Origin: Clostridia bacterium
GTDB lineage: Bacteria; Bacillota; Clostridia; Oscillospirales; CAG-272
Direction: 5' to 3'
DNA: 64,000 bases
Assembly: GCA_017443595.1 (NCBI GenBank)
Contig: JAFSYU010000033.1
Coordinates: 201,414-265,413 of the forward strand
Under the pieces are notes generated by a model that made no database searches, was not told where the DNA came from, and worked only from the letters and a program-made list of their open reading frames with translations. A program made the position numbers and the translations under genes. Positions 15,647-25,829 of the stretch are shown one piece after another. How positions within the stretch are numbered: the stretch's first letter is position 1; each line of letters begins with the position of its first letter.

Positions 15647-17256
15647 GAGGTTTTGACAAAAATTTTTGATTTTTTTCCGTTTTTTTTGAAAATGTTAAGA
15701 AACCAGGTTTTATCGTCGTTTGAAATACAGCCGAAACAGCGCAGAAGTAAAATATATAAAACGGTCAAAACGGCAAAACCGACTATAAGCGTTATTATCA
15801 TTATATCATAATTTATATTCAAAAATACGAATATCAGCTTTGTAAGGCAGGCGGCTCCCGCCATACAGACGAACGGCATAAATATTGTTTTAAATAAATT
15901 GAGCTTCAATTTTACGCAGGACAGAAGTTTTCTTATACTAAGCGCGGCGTTCAATATTTCGCATATATAGATCACTAAAACGTAACCTTTTATGCCGAAA
16001 GGCGGCAAAAGAAAGAAAACGAGAATAACGGATACCAAAGCGTCTATAATGTTATAGCGCATTGAGGCAAACTGTTCGCCTAAGCCCTTCAAGACCGCGT
16101 CTGTCGTATTGTCTATATACATCACGGGGATAAGAAAAGCAAATATCCTTATGTATCTGCCGGCTTCCGCGCTGTCATACAAAAGCATTCCCAGAGTATC
16201 GGAATAATATGCGAAAAATCCCGCGGCGGCAACGGAGAATATCACGGTTATTTTCATTATCCTGCCGGTAACGTATTCTATTGATTTTTTGCTTTTCGTT
16301 TCTTTATAGCGCGTTATCTCCGGAACGATCAAACCGGTGAAAGCCGTAAGAAAAGCCATTGGAAAAAATATCACCGGGAACACCATTCCGGATATCACAC
16401 CGTATGAAGATAACGCTTCCGTTGACGTTTTTCCGTTTTTTATAAGTCCTTTAGGTATAAGCAAATGCTCAAGTGTGACGAGTGCGGAGCGTATATATGA
16501 GCTTACGGCTATCGGAACAGCCATTTTTATAAGTCTTCCGGTAAGATCGGAAGAGGGCGGCGCGGTAAGGTCCCTTACGCGTCGTATATCAAACAGATAC
16601 AGCACAAAAGATACGGCAAACGAAAGAAATTCCGATAACAGAATACCCGTAACGATAGCGACCGACGCGGCTTCTATGCCTTTGCCCGATACGCAGACGA
16701 GAAGCGCGGCTGTAAAAAATATCCTTATAAACTGCTCAAGAATATTGGTCACGGCGTTTTTTGCAACGCGCCTTACCGCCGAAAAATACCCGGAAAGCGC
16801 CGCGGAGACGGCAAGCGGCGGAAGACTGAAAGCAAGGATCTTAAGCGAACGCAAAGCTCTGATATCGCCCAGCCAGTTTGACGCGATAATACCGGAAAAC
16901 GAAAAAAGAAGTACCGCGCCCGTGATACCGAAAACAAGCGAGTATAAAATACACCTTATCATAGCGGAGCGCACGCCTTTGCCGGAGTTGCGCACTATTT
17001 GCTGCGACACGAGCCTCGTTGCGGAAAGCGATATTCCGGAAGTTGCAAAAGTGACGGCAAAAGCGTAAACGGACATGATAAGCGAAAACAGGCCCACGCC
17101 CGCAGCGCCGACTTTATCTGTTATGTATACGTTGAAAGCAACGGTCAGCAGCCGCATCGTAACAGACGTTACCGTGAGGATCAGACCGTTTATTATAAAC
17201 TGCTTAACAAGCTTCAATTTTGTCTCCGTTTTTAAATTGTTTTTTATATTGTTCAA
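15643..17256 (-). CDS. MOP-superfamily flippase, SpoVB-like (stage V sporulation protein B / polysaccharide biosynthesis protein)
   Basis: A 537-aa protein with about 14 predicted TM helices and the sequence pattern of SpoVB/MurJ-type proteins (ITDKVGAAGVGLFSLIMSVY...). Confidence 0.75.
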   Translation of the reverse strand: MNNIKNNLKTETKLKLVKQFIINGLILTVTSVTMRLLTVAFNVYITDKVGAAGVGLFSLIMSVYAFAVTFATSGISLSATRLVSQQIVRNSGKGVRSAMIRCILYSLVFGITGAVLLFSFSGIIASNWLGDIRALRSLKILAFSLPPLAVSAALSGYFSAVRRVAKNAVTNILEQFIRIFFTAALLVCVSGKGIEAASVAIVTGILLSEFLSFAVSFVLYLFDIRRVRDLTAPPSSDLTGRLIKMAVPIAVSSYIRSALVTLEHLLIPKGLIKNGKTSTEALSSYGVISGMVFPVIFFPMAFLTAFTGLIVPEITRYKETKSKKSIEYVTGRIMKITVIFSVAAAGFFAYYSDTLGMLLYDSAEAGRYIRIFAFLIPVMYIDNTTDAVLKGLGEQFASMRYNIIDALVSVILVFFLLPPFGIKGYVLVIYICEILNAALSIRKLLSCVKLKLNLFKTIFMPFVCMAGAACLTKLIFVFLNINYDIMIITLIVGFAVLTVLYILLLRCFGCISNDDKTWFLNIFKKNGKKSKIFVKTS

Positions 17257-17335
17257 ATTATAATATTGTATATGATTAAAATTTATGATAAAATTATAAA
17301 AATTGTCAAACTTTAAATCTGCGAAAGGCTATTAA

Positions 17336-18925
17336 ATGAAGAGAATTATTCTGGCGGTGATCGCGATTATTATCACCGTTTGCACGGTATCTTGCAATAT
17401 CATAATTACAAATAACGACACTGCGACAAGCGAGTCGGGCTCGGATGAAGTGACGGGAGAAGAAACTCAAAAAGAGTATCCCCATTCCAATATGGAGCTT
17501 GCGCCGCTTGACGAAATAATTGCAACGTCAGAGAATCTGAGCGTTGCCGTTTCCACGTTCAAATATTTCTTTATGGATCAGTATTCATCTTTTATAAATC
17601 AGAACTATTATTATCTGTCTTATTTTAATCTTAACATTGACGAGAACATACCGCTGCACGATCAGGAATACACCGGCGGTCAGGAGACGACAACGTGGTA
17701 TCAGATATTCCTTGACAGAGCGAAATCACAGTTTGAACAGTACGCCAAATTTGCGGATATTGCTATTAAAGAAGGTATGACGCTTGACGAAAACGATAAA
17801 GCAAGTATTGAAGACAATCTTAAATCAATAGATGCTTTAGCTGCGGAATATTCTCAGACTTTTGAAGAATATATGGCTCAGTTCATGGGCGAAGGCATGA
17901 CGCGCGAGCGCGTTAAAGCTGCGATAGAGATCACACAGCTCGGATACAAGTATTATCTCAAACTGTATAATACGCCGACGTACACGGAAGAACAAATAGA
18001 GGAAGAATACAAGAACGGAAACGGAAAGCATTCGCTTGTTGACTATAACGAGGTCATGGTAAGCGCGCTGTATGATGAAACAGACTCTGAAGATCAGGTA
18101 ACGGCGGCTAAAAACACGGCAAAAGAACAGGCGGAAAAAATTAAAGCGCTTGTTGAAAGCGGCAAAACTCTTGCAGAGGCGTATAACGCCGTAATGGCTG
18201 AAAGCAAGACCGAAGAAGTAACGGAAACAGAAGCCGCGGCGACGGAAAGCGAAGCAAGTACAAAGACCGGAACAGAAACGGAAGCCGAAACTGAAGAAGA
18301 AACAAAAGAATTAACGGATAAAGACGTTTTATATACGAAGGTTGAATACAGTTCTTTAGACCGCTACAGCTTCTTATATGACGAAACGACGGTGCAGGGA
18401 CAGATCAACGTCACGTATGACGATTCCGGCAACGCTTATATCGTCCAGTGCGTAAAGCTGCCGTACAAAAACACGGACAAGACCGTAAACGCACGTCATA
18501 TCATTTTAAGCTCTTCTGATTATGATACAGAGGAAGAAGCGTACGCGGTGGCACAGAAACTGGTGCAGCAGATAAACGAAGCGCAGGACAAAAAGGCCAT
18601 GTTTTTAAGCCTTGTTCCCGAATATTCATCTGACACGGGCTCAAAAACAAACGGCGGTCTTTACCAGAACATTATACCCGGCGCCATGGTAACGGAATTC
18701 AACGAGTGGTGCTTTGACGAAGAAAGACAGGTAGACGACGTCGGCATAATTCTTACCGATTACGGCTATCACGTAATGTATTTTGACGGATTCGGCGAAG
18801 AGATCTGGCGCTATGACTGTGAATCGAGCCTGCGCGAAGCCGATTTTGAAAAAGCGGCTGAAGAGATCTACGAGAAAGTTCAGATAACCTATAACGAAGA
18901 CTTGCTTGACAGGATCACAAAATAA
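17336..18925 (+). CDS. Lipoprotein peptidyl-prolyl cis-trans isomerase (parvulin/PpiC type, PrsA-like foldase)
   Basis: Lipobox TVSC and a long helical N-terminal region. The C-terminal parvulin domain reads NARHIILSS...GGLYQNIIPGAMVTEFNEWCF...DYGYHVMYFDG. Confidence 0.75.
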   Translation: MKRIILAVIAIIITVCTVSCNIIITNNDTATSESGSDEVTGEETQKEYPHSNMELAPLDEIIATSENLSVAVSTFKYFFMDQYSSFINQNYYYLSYFNLNIDENIPLHDQEYTGGQETTTWYQIFLDRAKSQFEQYAKFADIAIKEGMTLDENDKASIEDNLKSIDALAAEYSQTFEEYMAQFMGEGMTRERVKAAIEITQLGYKYYLKLYNTPTYTEEQIEEEYKNGNGKHSLVDYNEVMVSALYDETDSEDQVTAAKNTAKEQAEKIKALVESGKTLAEAYNAVMAESKTEEVTETEAAATESEASTKTGTETEAETEEETKELTDKDVLYTKVEYSSLDRYSFLYDETTVQGQINVTYDDSGNAYIVQCVKLPYKNTDKTVNARHIILSSSDYDTEEEAYAVAQKLVQQINEAQDKKAMFLSLVPEYSSDTGSKTNGGLYQNIIPGAMVTEFNEWCFDEERQVDDVGIILTDYGYHVMYFDGFGEEIWRYDCESSLREADFEKAAEEIYEKVQITYNEDLLDRITK

Positions 18926-18940
18926 AAGCGGAGCTTTTGT

Positions 18941-19813
18941 ATGAAGACTGTAAAAATCATAAACCCCGCCGCCGGGCAGGGAAAAGCAATAAACGAAATA
19001 TCCGAGGATACGAGTTATTACGTAAGCAAATCCGTTGGAGACGTTGAAAAATACGTATACAAAACTTTGCTAAAAGAACCGGATACGCACTTTATAGTCT
19101 GCGGCGGCGATGGCTCGATAAACGAAGCCGTGAACGGCATCATGCGCGCGGAGGCGCAGGATACGGCAATACTGTCCGCCATAGGCACGGGTACCGGCAA
19201 CGACTTTATAAAATACGATAAATACGCTCACAGTCACGGATCGTCCGTCAAATGCGATATTATCAAATACGGCGACAGATACTACATAAACATACTGAAT
19301 ATCGGCTTTGACTGCACGGTAGTGCAAAAAACCGAAACGTTAAAGAAAAAGCCGCTCATATCCGGAAGCTTTGCTTATATATGCGGAGTTGTGGGTACGG
19401 TATTCGGAGAATACGGCACGAAAATGCATATAACCGTGCTGAAAGAAGACGGGGAAACAGAAGAATTTTCAGACGACTTTATGCTTTGCGTCGTAGCAAA
19501 CGGACAGTATTACGGAGGCGGTTTCAAGCCCGCGCCGCTTGCGGATATAACGGACGGCGCTGCCGACGTTGTGCTTGTCAAAAAAGTAAAAAGAACGGAA
19601 ATACCGTCGATCATAGGTCTATATAAAAAAGGCGAACATATAGATAAAGAAAAAAGAGATATTATTGATAAATTCAAAAATATAATGACTTACAGACGCG
19701 CAAAAAAAGTTACCATAACAGGTATACAAAGCATCTGCGCCGACGGTGAGATAGAAAAACGCGACAAGGTCGATATTGAAGTCGTGCCTAAAGCAATTAA
19801 CTTTATGTTTTGA
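18941..19813 (+). CDS. Diacylglycerol/lipid kinase family protein (YegS/BmrU type)
   Basis: DAGK catalytic motif FIVCGGDGSINEAVNG and GTGNDF. Confidence 0.8.
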   Translation: MKTVKIINPAAGQGKAINEISEDTSYYVSKSVGDVEKYVYKTLLKEPDTHFIVCGGDGSINEAVNGIMRAEAQDTAILSAIGTGTGNDFIKYDKYAHSHGSSVKCDIIKYGDRYYINILNIGFDCTVVQKTETLKKKPLISGSFAYICGVVGTVFGEYGTKMHITVLKEDGETEEFSDDFMLCVVANGQYYGGGFKPAPLADITDGAADVVLVKKVKRTEIPSIIGLYKKGEHIDKEKRDIIDKFKNIMTYRRAKKVTITGIQSICADGEIEKRDKVDIEVVPKAINFMF

Positions 19814-19817
19814 ATAC

Positions 19818-19848
19818 AAAAAAACGCTTCGTTATGAAGCGTTTTTTT
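19818..19848. terminator. Bidirectional terminator between convergent genes
   Basis: aaaaaaacgcttc-gttat-gaagcgttttttt. Confidence 0.75.
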
Positions 19849-19852
19849 GCTT

Positions 19853-22800
19853 TTATTTTGATATTTCAAATGAATACGCGCCGCTTGCAAGCTCTATCAC
19901 CGCCGCGCCGTTTTCAAACGAGATAAGTGATACGCCTTCTGCTTCGGATAAAGGTTTGCCGCTTTCCGTAATATTCGCGGCATTGTCTGTCAATAGATAC
20001 AGCGTTGCGGTTGTGTTTGCGGGGACTGTGCAGGTATACTTTGTCATAACGTCGTTTTCAGCCTGCCAGCCGCTTTTGACCGTGCCGCGAACCGATTTGT
20101 ATTCGCCGTTTGCGTAACTCAATCCGCCGCCGGCGACGGGTTTTAAGATAAAGTGAGAAAATCCCGGATTTGCCTCATCACACGTAATGCCGATCAGCGA
20201 GGAATAGATCCATTCCGTGACCGAGCCATATGAATAGTGGTTGAAGGAATTCATGCCGGCGTTGCCGAAACCGTCGCTTTTCGTATAGCTGTTCCAGCGT
20301 TCCCATATAGTCGTCGCACCCTGCAGTATAGGATATTTCCAGGACGGATATTCCGTCTGCTGAAGAAGCGCGAAAGCCGTGTCCGTATGTCCGTATTCGC
20401 ACAGTACCGGAAGAAGCAGAGGACAGCCGATAAAGCCTGTCGTCAGCTTTGTGCCGTTATTTAGTATCTTTTCGTTGAGTTTGTCTGCGTATAGCTGCCT
20501 GTCCTCCTCAGGCACTATATTGAATGCCAGAGCGACAAGGTACGAAGTTTGCGTATCCGATCTTAAAACGCCTTTTGCTCTTACGTATTTTTTGTTCCAC
20601 GCATCTTTGTAATTCTGCGCGTATTCCGCAAAACGATCAGCGTCCGTACCGTTGCCGAGAAGAGCTGCCATTTTAGACATAAGATCGCATACATATGCGC
20701 AATATGCGGTATCTGTAACGTCTATCCTTGTTGACTCTCCGATAGAAAGCCAGTCGCCGTAGGCGCTCTGTCCGCGTATGAAATCCTTACTTGTGCCAAC
20801 AAGATACTTGATATATCTCTTCATATTGCCGTAGTATTTTTCAATATACGAAATATCGCCGTATCTGACGTACATCGTCCACGGGATTATAATGCCCGCG
20901 TCGCCCCAGGCGTTGTTGCCGGAGCCCGTGTACGCCGCGCGGTAGGTCTGCGGCGCGACGTCAGGATACGATCCGTCGCTGCGCTGGCAGTCGTTCAGAT
21001 CCGTTATGTACTTGTCAAAGAACGCTTTTACGTTCATGTTGTAAGCAGCCGTCCCGCTGAATATCTGCGCGTCGCCGGACCAGCCCATTCTCTCGTCTCT
21101 CTGCGGACAGTCTGTAGGTGTAGATAAGAAATTGCCGCGCTGTCCCCAGTACGTGTTTGAGATAAGCTGATTTACAAGAGGATCTGACGTATTTATATTT
21201 CCCGTATCTTCCATATCGGAATATATAACGTTTGCGGTAACGTCGGATAACGCAGGCGGTTCTTTTAAGCCCGTTATCTCAACGTATCTGAATCCGTGGA
21301 ACGTGAACGTGGGCGTATAAGTTTCACCGTCCGGATCGCCTTTTAACGTATAAGTGTCGGAAGCGAGAGCGGAGCGCAGGTTTGCAACGTATACAGTCCC
21401 CTCCGGTCCGTCGCTTCCGGCGCTGCCGTCGTTCAGCATTTCCGCGTGGCGCAGTTTTACGACCGTTCCTTCGCCGCCCTTGAGTTTTACGGTGACCGTT
21501 CCGGCAAGATTCTGACCGAAGTCATAAACGTACGTGTTTTTCTTCGGCTCCGTCATTTCTTTTGCCGGAACGGTATCCATTATCTTTACTGTCCCGGAAA
21601 GCTGAGGGACAAGCTTGCCGACGCCGAGCTTTTTGTTGTCCGTTGCCTTTACGTTGATCCACGAAGAATCGTCATATCCCGGTAATGACCATCCGGTAAG
21701 CTCGCGGCGTGCGTCGTACGTTTCACCGTTGAAAATATCGTCGTATAATATCGGCCCGTCAAGCGTGCATTTCCAGCTTTCATCTGAGCAGACAATCTGC
21801 CTTTCGCCGTTTTCATAATCTATCACGAGTTTACATATAAAAGCGGGATATTTTCCGCCGTACGGAGAATTTGCGCCTATATACCAGCCGCGGCCTAAAA
21901 CAGCGCCTACGGCGTTTTTGCCTTCTTTCAGCATATCCGTAACGTCGATACACTGATACATTATTCTTTTGTCATATTCGCTTCTGCCGGGGTCAAGTAC
22001 GTCGTTACCGGCTTTTTTTCCGTTGATGTACGCGTCATAAAGACCTGCCGCGGAAGCAAAGAGGAATGCGTTTGATACGCCGCTTTTTACTTCAAATTCA
22101 CCTCTTACGGTCGGCGCGGCTTTTTTCATATCCGGAAAATCAACGTTGTTGTTCCACGGCTGAGCGCCGTATTCTGTAACGGAGTTGACTTTTGAAAAAG
22201 TGCTTTCATCAGCGCCTGTTTCATACCAGTTACCGGATACCGCCTCGGATGCAAGCCAGTTTGAATCGGATGCGATGACGGTTTTTGTGCCGTCTTTGAA
22301 CGTTATAAACAGCTTTATAAGTACAGCGCCGTATCCCTCCTGCTTGTTTACGCAAGAGCAGGCGATGAGATTGTCACCTGTTTTTAAGTATTTAACGGCG
22401 TCGATACAGACGGCGTTTTCCCAGCCGCGGCTGCTGCCGATGCTTATGACGGTCTCGCCGTTTATATAAAGATCTCCGTAATCGTCCGCGGTAAACGCGA
22501 TAAACGCTTCTTCAACTTCTTTTGATATGTTAAATGAATATCTGAAATATTCGGTCTTGACGGGCACGGAACCCTGTTTTTCACCGTTTAAGAGCCATAT
22601 CCAGTTGCAGTCGTCAAAACTCATGCTTGACTGCGCGGAGGTATCCTGCATTATCCAGTTTGCACCGTCAAATCCGTTATTTATAAGCGCCGTGTCAAAA
22701 TACGAAGTCTCCGAGGAGGATACGCCCGACTTATCGTCGGTGACCGTTACGTTCCAGTAATATCTTGCAGCTTCATCAAGGTCAGCACCGCACGGGATAT

Positions 22801-23164
22801 TGACTGTTTCGGAAGATATAACGTCGCCCGAATCCCAGACAAGATCAGTGTTTTGCAAACCTATATTTTTGCTTTTGCCTACACGGATACGGTAAGACGT
22901 CTGGTGCGCGCCGCGCCTGCCGGAGCTTAACGACCAGGAAAACGACGGCGTTTCTATGCACGACGGATTTTTTTCATAATTAACGTACATATCCGATATG
23001 CAAAGATCGTCTTCCGGCGGGACGGACGGCTGCCGTGTTTCAGCGTTTGTTTCCGTTGCGGCCGCATTTGTATCAGAAGAAGATCCCGCATCCGACGGTT
23101 TACATCCGCACACGATGGCTGAAAGAAAAGCCAAACATAAGATCAAAGAAATTATCTTTTTCAT
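19853..23164 (-). CDS. Secreted (probable lipoprotein) GH78 alpha-L-rhamnosidase
   Basis: N-terminal signal with Cys (LSAIVCGC). GH78 hallmark PTDCPQRDERMGWSGDAQIF, plus the C-terminal six-hairpin and beta-sandwich pattern. Length 1103 aa. Confidence 0.88.
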   Translation of the reverse strand: MKKIISLILCLAFLSAIVCGCKPSDAGSSSDTNAAATETNAETRQPSVPPEDDLCISDMYVNYEKNPSCIETPSFSWSLSSGRRGAHQTSYRIRVGKSKNIGLQNTDLVWDSGDVISSETVNIPCGADLDEAARYYWNVTVTDDKSGVSSSETSYFDTALINNGFDGANWIMQDTSAQSSMSFDDCNWIWLLNGEKQGSVPVKTEYFRYSFNISKEVEEAFIAFTADDYGDLYINGETVISIGSSRGWENAVCIDAVKYLKTGDNLIACSCVNKQEGYGAVLIKLFITFKDGTKTVIASDSNWLASEAVSGNWYETGADESTFSKVNSVTEYGAQPWNNNVDFPDMKKAAPTVRGEFEVKSGVSNAFLFASAAGLYDAYINGKKAGNDVLDPGRSEYDKRIMYQCIDVTDMLKEGKNAVGAVLGRGWYIGANSPYGGKYPAFICKLVIDYENGERQIVCSDESWKCTLDGPILYDDIFNGETYDARRELTGWSLPGYDDSSWINVKATDNKKLGVGKLVPQLSGTVKIMDTVPAKEMTEPKKNTYVYDFGQNLAGTVTVKLKGGEGTVVKLRHAEMLNDGSAGSDGPEGTVYVANLRSALASDTYTLKGDPDGETYTPTFTFHGFRYVEITGLKEPPALSDVTANVIYSDMEDTGNINTSDPLVNQLISNTYWGQRGNFLSTPTDCPQRDERMGWSGDAQIFSGTAAYNMNVKAFFDKYITDLNDCQRSDGSYPDVAPQTYRAAYTGSGNNAWGDAGIIIPWTMYVRYGDISYIEKYYGNMKRYIKYLVGTSKDFIRGQSAYGDWLSIGESTRIDVTDTAYCAYVCDLMSKMAALLGNGTDADRFAEYAQNYKDAWNKKYVRAKGVLRSDTQTSYLVALAFNIVPEEDRQLYADKLNEKILNNGTKLTTGFIGCPLLLPVLCEYGHTDTAFALLQQTEYPSWKYPILQGATTIWERWNSYTKSDGFGNAGMNSFNHYSYGSVTEWIYSSLIGITCDEANPGFSHFILKPVAGGGLSYANGEYKSVRGTVKSGWQAENDVMTKYTCTVPANTTATLYLLTDNAANITESGKPLSEAEGVSLISFENGAAVIELASGAYSFEISK

Positions 23165-23173
23165 TATATTCTC

Positions 23174-25816
23174 CTATCTTTGATTTCCGTTGCTGTTCAT
23201 TGCAGTCACGGGCATCATTTTTGTAAGCCTTATAAGCGGTATCGTTATAGCCGCCGCGGTTATTATTGCAGCGGTTATTATTATAAGAATAACGGCAAAC
23301 GGGTTTATCACAACGGAATAGAAGTGATATAAATATCCTGCGGACATACCCATATTGATAAGCGGGAAAAGCACTGCTATCAGAACAAGCGTAAATATCA
23401 GAGCCGCTGTCGTTATGAGAACGCCCTCTATGCCGAAAGCTTTGAAAGTGTCTATGCCTCTCGCACCCATACCGCGCAGTATGCCTATGTGACGTCCCTC
23501 AAGTCTTACGGACGATGAAATGAACGAGAAGAGAAGCAGAGCCGCCGCTATTGATATCATTATAAGAGTCCTTGTAAGGATAGTTGAAAGGACGTTCAAA
23601 TTTGAAGAATAGCTTTTGTAATCCGAATAGAATCTCATCTCCGGATAAACGTTTAACGAACCGAGCCTGCTCAAAAGGCTCTTGTTGCCGGATACGCTGT
23701 TTTCTGTCTTAACAAGAACTTTGCGTACGGTTATATCGTCCGATACAAAGCTTGTAAAATCGTCTCTGTTTACGTACAGCGTGCCGTCAGTGCCTTTTAC
23801 AACTGCGGCGATCTTCATTTCATTGAGGATCAGGCTCGTATGCGTCCCGCTTTCCGTCATATTGTTGTTTACCTGTTTTATAAGATAGTCGTTATCCGCC
23901 TCGTTGAATTTTTTTAGCGCGTCCGCCATATCTTCCGTGCCGCCGGTACTTTCACCGAACGTTGCCGTAAAAAGCGCTTCGTCTATGATATATCCGTCTT
24001 TGCCTGTCTCGTATATCACGTCGCCGGATTTATCGGAAGGCGCTATATAAGACAGATGCAGAGCGGCGGCGCCGTTTACTTTTGCGGCGGACGCAGGGTA
24101 TTTTTGCAGATTTTTTATGACGTTGTCAATATAACCGCGTTTTACGAGAGCAAAGCCGTCTCTTTCCGAGAGTTGTGAATAATAAAGTGTTTCTTTTAAT
24201 TGAGAAAGCGAATCGTACGGGATATTTACGTTTTCCGCAATATATTCTTTTGTCTGCTCGTACGATTTAAGATCCGTTTCGTATATACCGCATATCTTCA
24301 AACGCACGCCGGAAAGTTCTATTTCTTTATTCAAAAGATCGTTATAGTCCGCTGTGTTCGCGTAAACGCCGCGATCTATTATAAACTTTGCTGCAAGCTC
24401 TGATATGACAACTTCCGAATAAGTCCGCGGCGCGCCGCCCGCGATATACGCGGTGTTGTATATCGGCTTTTCTTCAATTTCAACAAAGCCGAAAAATGAT
24501 TCAAACAGATCGTAATACTTATCGCTTTTTTTGTAGCTTTCCGATGAATTTATATATTCAGGCTTTAAGTTTTCCGAATAAACGGCACATACGCCGGAGC
24601 TGATTCCGCCTAATGCTTTTAATTCGTTTTCGCTGAATACGGTTTCCTGAACGTATTCGCCGCTTTTTGCCGCAAGTAAATATTCGTAGCCTTCTTTTGT
24701 TATCGTTTTAGCCGCGGCTCTGTCAAAATTATAGAATTTGAACACGCCGACAACAGCCGATAAAAACAGCGCCAGTATGAGCATTATTATGGTCATTACA
24801 AGACGGAATTTCTTGTATTTGAGCATTGATAAAGACAGCTTCAGACCGACTGAACCCGGCATTTTTGATTTGATCAAAGAAAGATCCTGGTGCACCTCCG
24901 GCTCCGGACGGTAGGGGAAGTAATACGTGGAATTATCCGCCTGATCAAGCTTGACGGCATTTTTGACGTGTATGTTCATAGACTTGACTTTGTCAATATC
25001 TTTTTCGTTTATGATATACGTGTCTCTGTCAGTCTTTGAAATAATGCCGTTTATTTCTTCCAGCGCAAGCTCGTCAAGGTGTTTTCCCTTGGGGACTCTT
25101 ACAAGCCTGTCGCCTACGGTGTCGACAGCCGGCTCGTAAAGCTCGGTAGTCCTAACAAGGTCTTTATGCACGCGTCCGTCTTTTATCTCAATAACGCGAT
25201 CACCCAGCTCGTCCGCAACGTCTCTGTCGTGCGTGACTATTATAACGAGTTTTTCTTTTGAGAGTTCTTTAAAAATCCGGAACATCTCCGCGCCGGTCTT
25301 TGAGTCAAGATTGCCGGTCGGCTCGTCCGCTAATATGACCTTGGGATCTTTTACAACGGCTCTCGCTATTGCAACGCGCTGAGACTGACCGCCGGATATC
25401 TCGTTCGGCTTTCTGTTTTTTATATCTTCAAGCCCCGCCTGTTTTATCGCGTTATCAACTCTCTCGCTGCTTTCGTTGTTCTGAAGACCGAGTGATAAAG
25501 CGATATTCTGATAAACTGTAAGCGTGGGGATAAGGTTATATTCCTGGAAAACAACGCCTATATAAGTGTTTCTGTATGAGTCTAATTTTGAATTGTTGAA
25601 ATCTCTGAAACTGTTGCCATATAAAAGTATCTCGCCTCTGTCAGGTCTGTCAAGAGCGGCGATCATATTCAAAAGCGTGGATTTGCCGCCGCCGGAACGG
25701 CCGACTATGAATACGAGCCCTTTTTCACCAAACGACAGAGAAACGTCGTTTAAAGCTCTGTGTGTAACGCCGTTTTTACTTCTGTAGGTTTTTGATATAT
25801 TTTTTAATTCAAGCAT
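23174..25816 (-). CDS. Fused ABC ATPase / FtsX-type permease (MacB architecture), paralog 1
   Basis: Walker A GRSGGGKST, signature ISGGQSQRVAIARA, Walker B ILADEPTGNLD. These are followed by TM1, a ~370-aa extracytoplasmic domain and three C-terminal TM helices. Confidence 0.85.
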   Translation of the reverse strand: MLELKNISKTYRSKNGVTHRALNDVSLSFGEKGLVFIVGRSGGGKSTLLNMIAALDRPDRGEILLYGNSFRDFNNSKLDSYRNTYIGVVFQEYNLIPTLTVYQNIALSLGLQNNESSERVDNAIKQAGLEDIKNRKPNEISGGQSQRVAIARAVVKDPKVILADEPTGNLDSKTGAEMFRIFKELSKEKLVIIVTHDRDVADELGDRVIEIKDGRVHKDLVRTTELYEPAVDTVGDRLVRVPKGKHLDELALEEINGIISKTDRDTYIINEKDIDKVKSMNIHVKNAVKLDQADNSTYYFPYRPEPEVHQDLSLIKSKMPGSVGLKLSLSMLKYKKFRLVMTIIMLILALFLSAVVGVFKFYNFDRAAAKTITKEGYEYLLAAKSGEYVQETVFSENELKALGGISSGVCAVYSENLKPEYINSSESYKKSDKYYDLFESFFGFVEIEEKPIYNTAYIAGGAPRTYSEVVISELAAKFIIDRGVYANTADYNDLLNKEIELSGVRLKICGIYETDLKSYEQTKEYIAENVNIPYDSLSQLKETLYYSQLSERDGFALVKRGYIDNVIKNLQKYPASAAKVNGAAALHLSYIAPSDKSGDVIYETGKDGYIIDEALFTATFGESTGGTEDMADALKKFNEADNDYLIKQVNNNMTESGTHTSLILNEMKIAAVVKGTDGTLYVNRDDFTSFVSDDITVRKVLVKTENSVSGNKSLLSRLGSLNVYPEMRFYSDYKSYSSNLNVLSTILTRTLIMISIAAALLLFSFISSSVRLEGRHIGILRGMGARGIDTFKAFGIEGVLITTAALIFTLVLIAVLFPLINMGMSAGYLYHFYSVVINPFAVILIIITAAIITAAAITIPLIRLTKMMPVTAMNSNGNQR

Positions 25817-25829
25817 GTTATCACCGCCT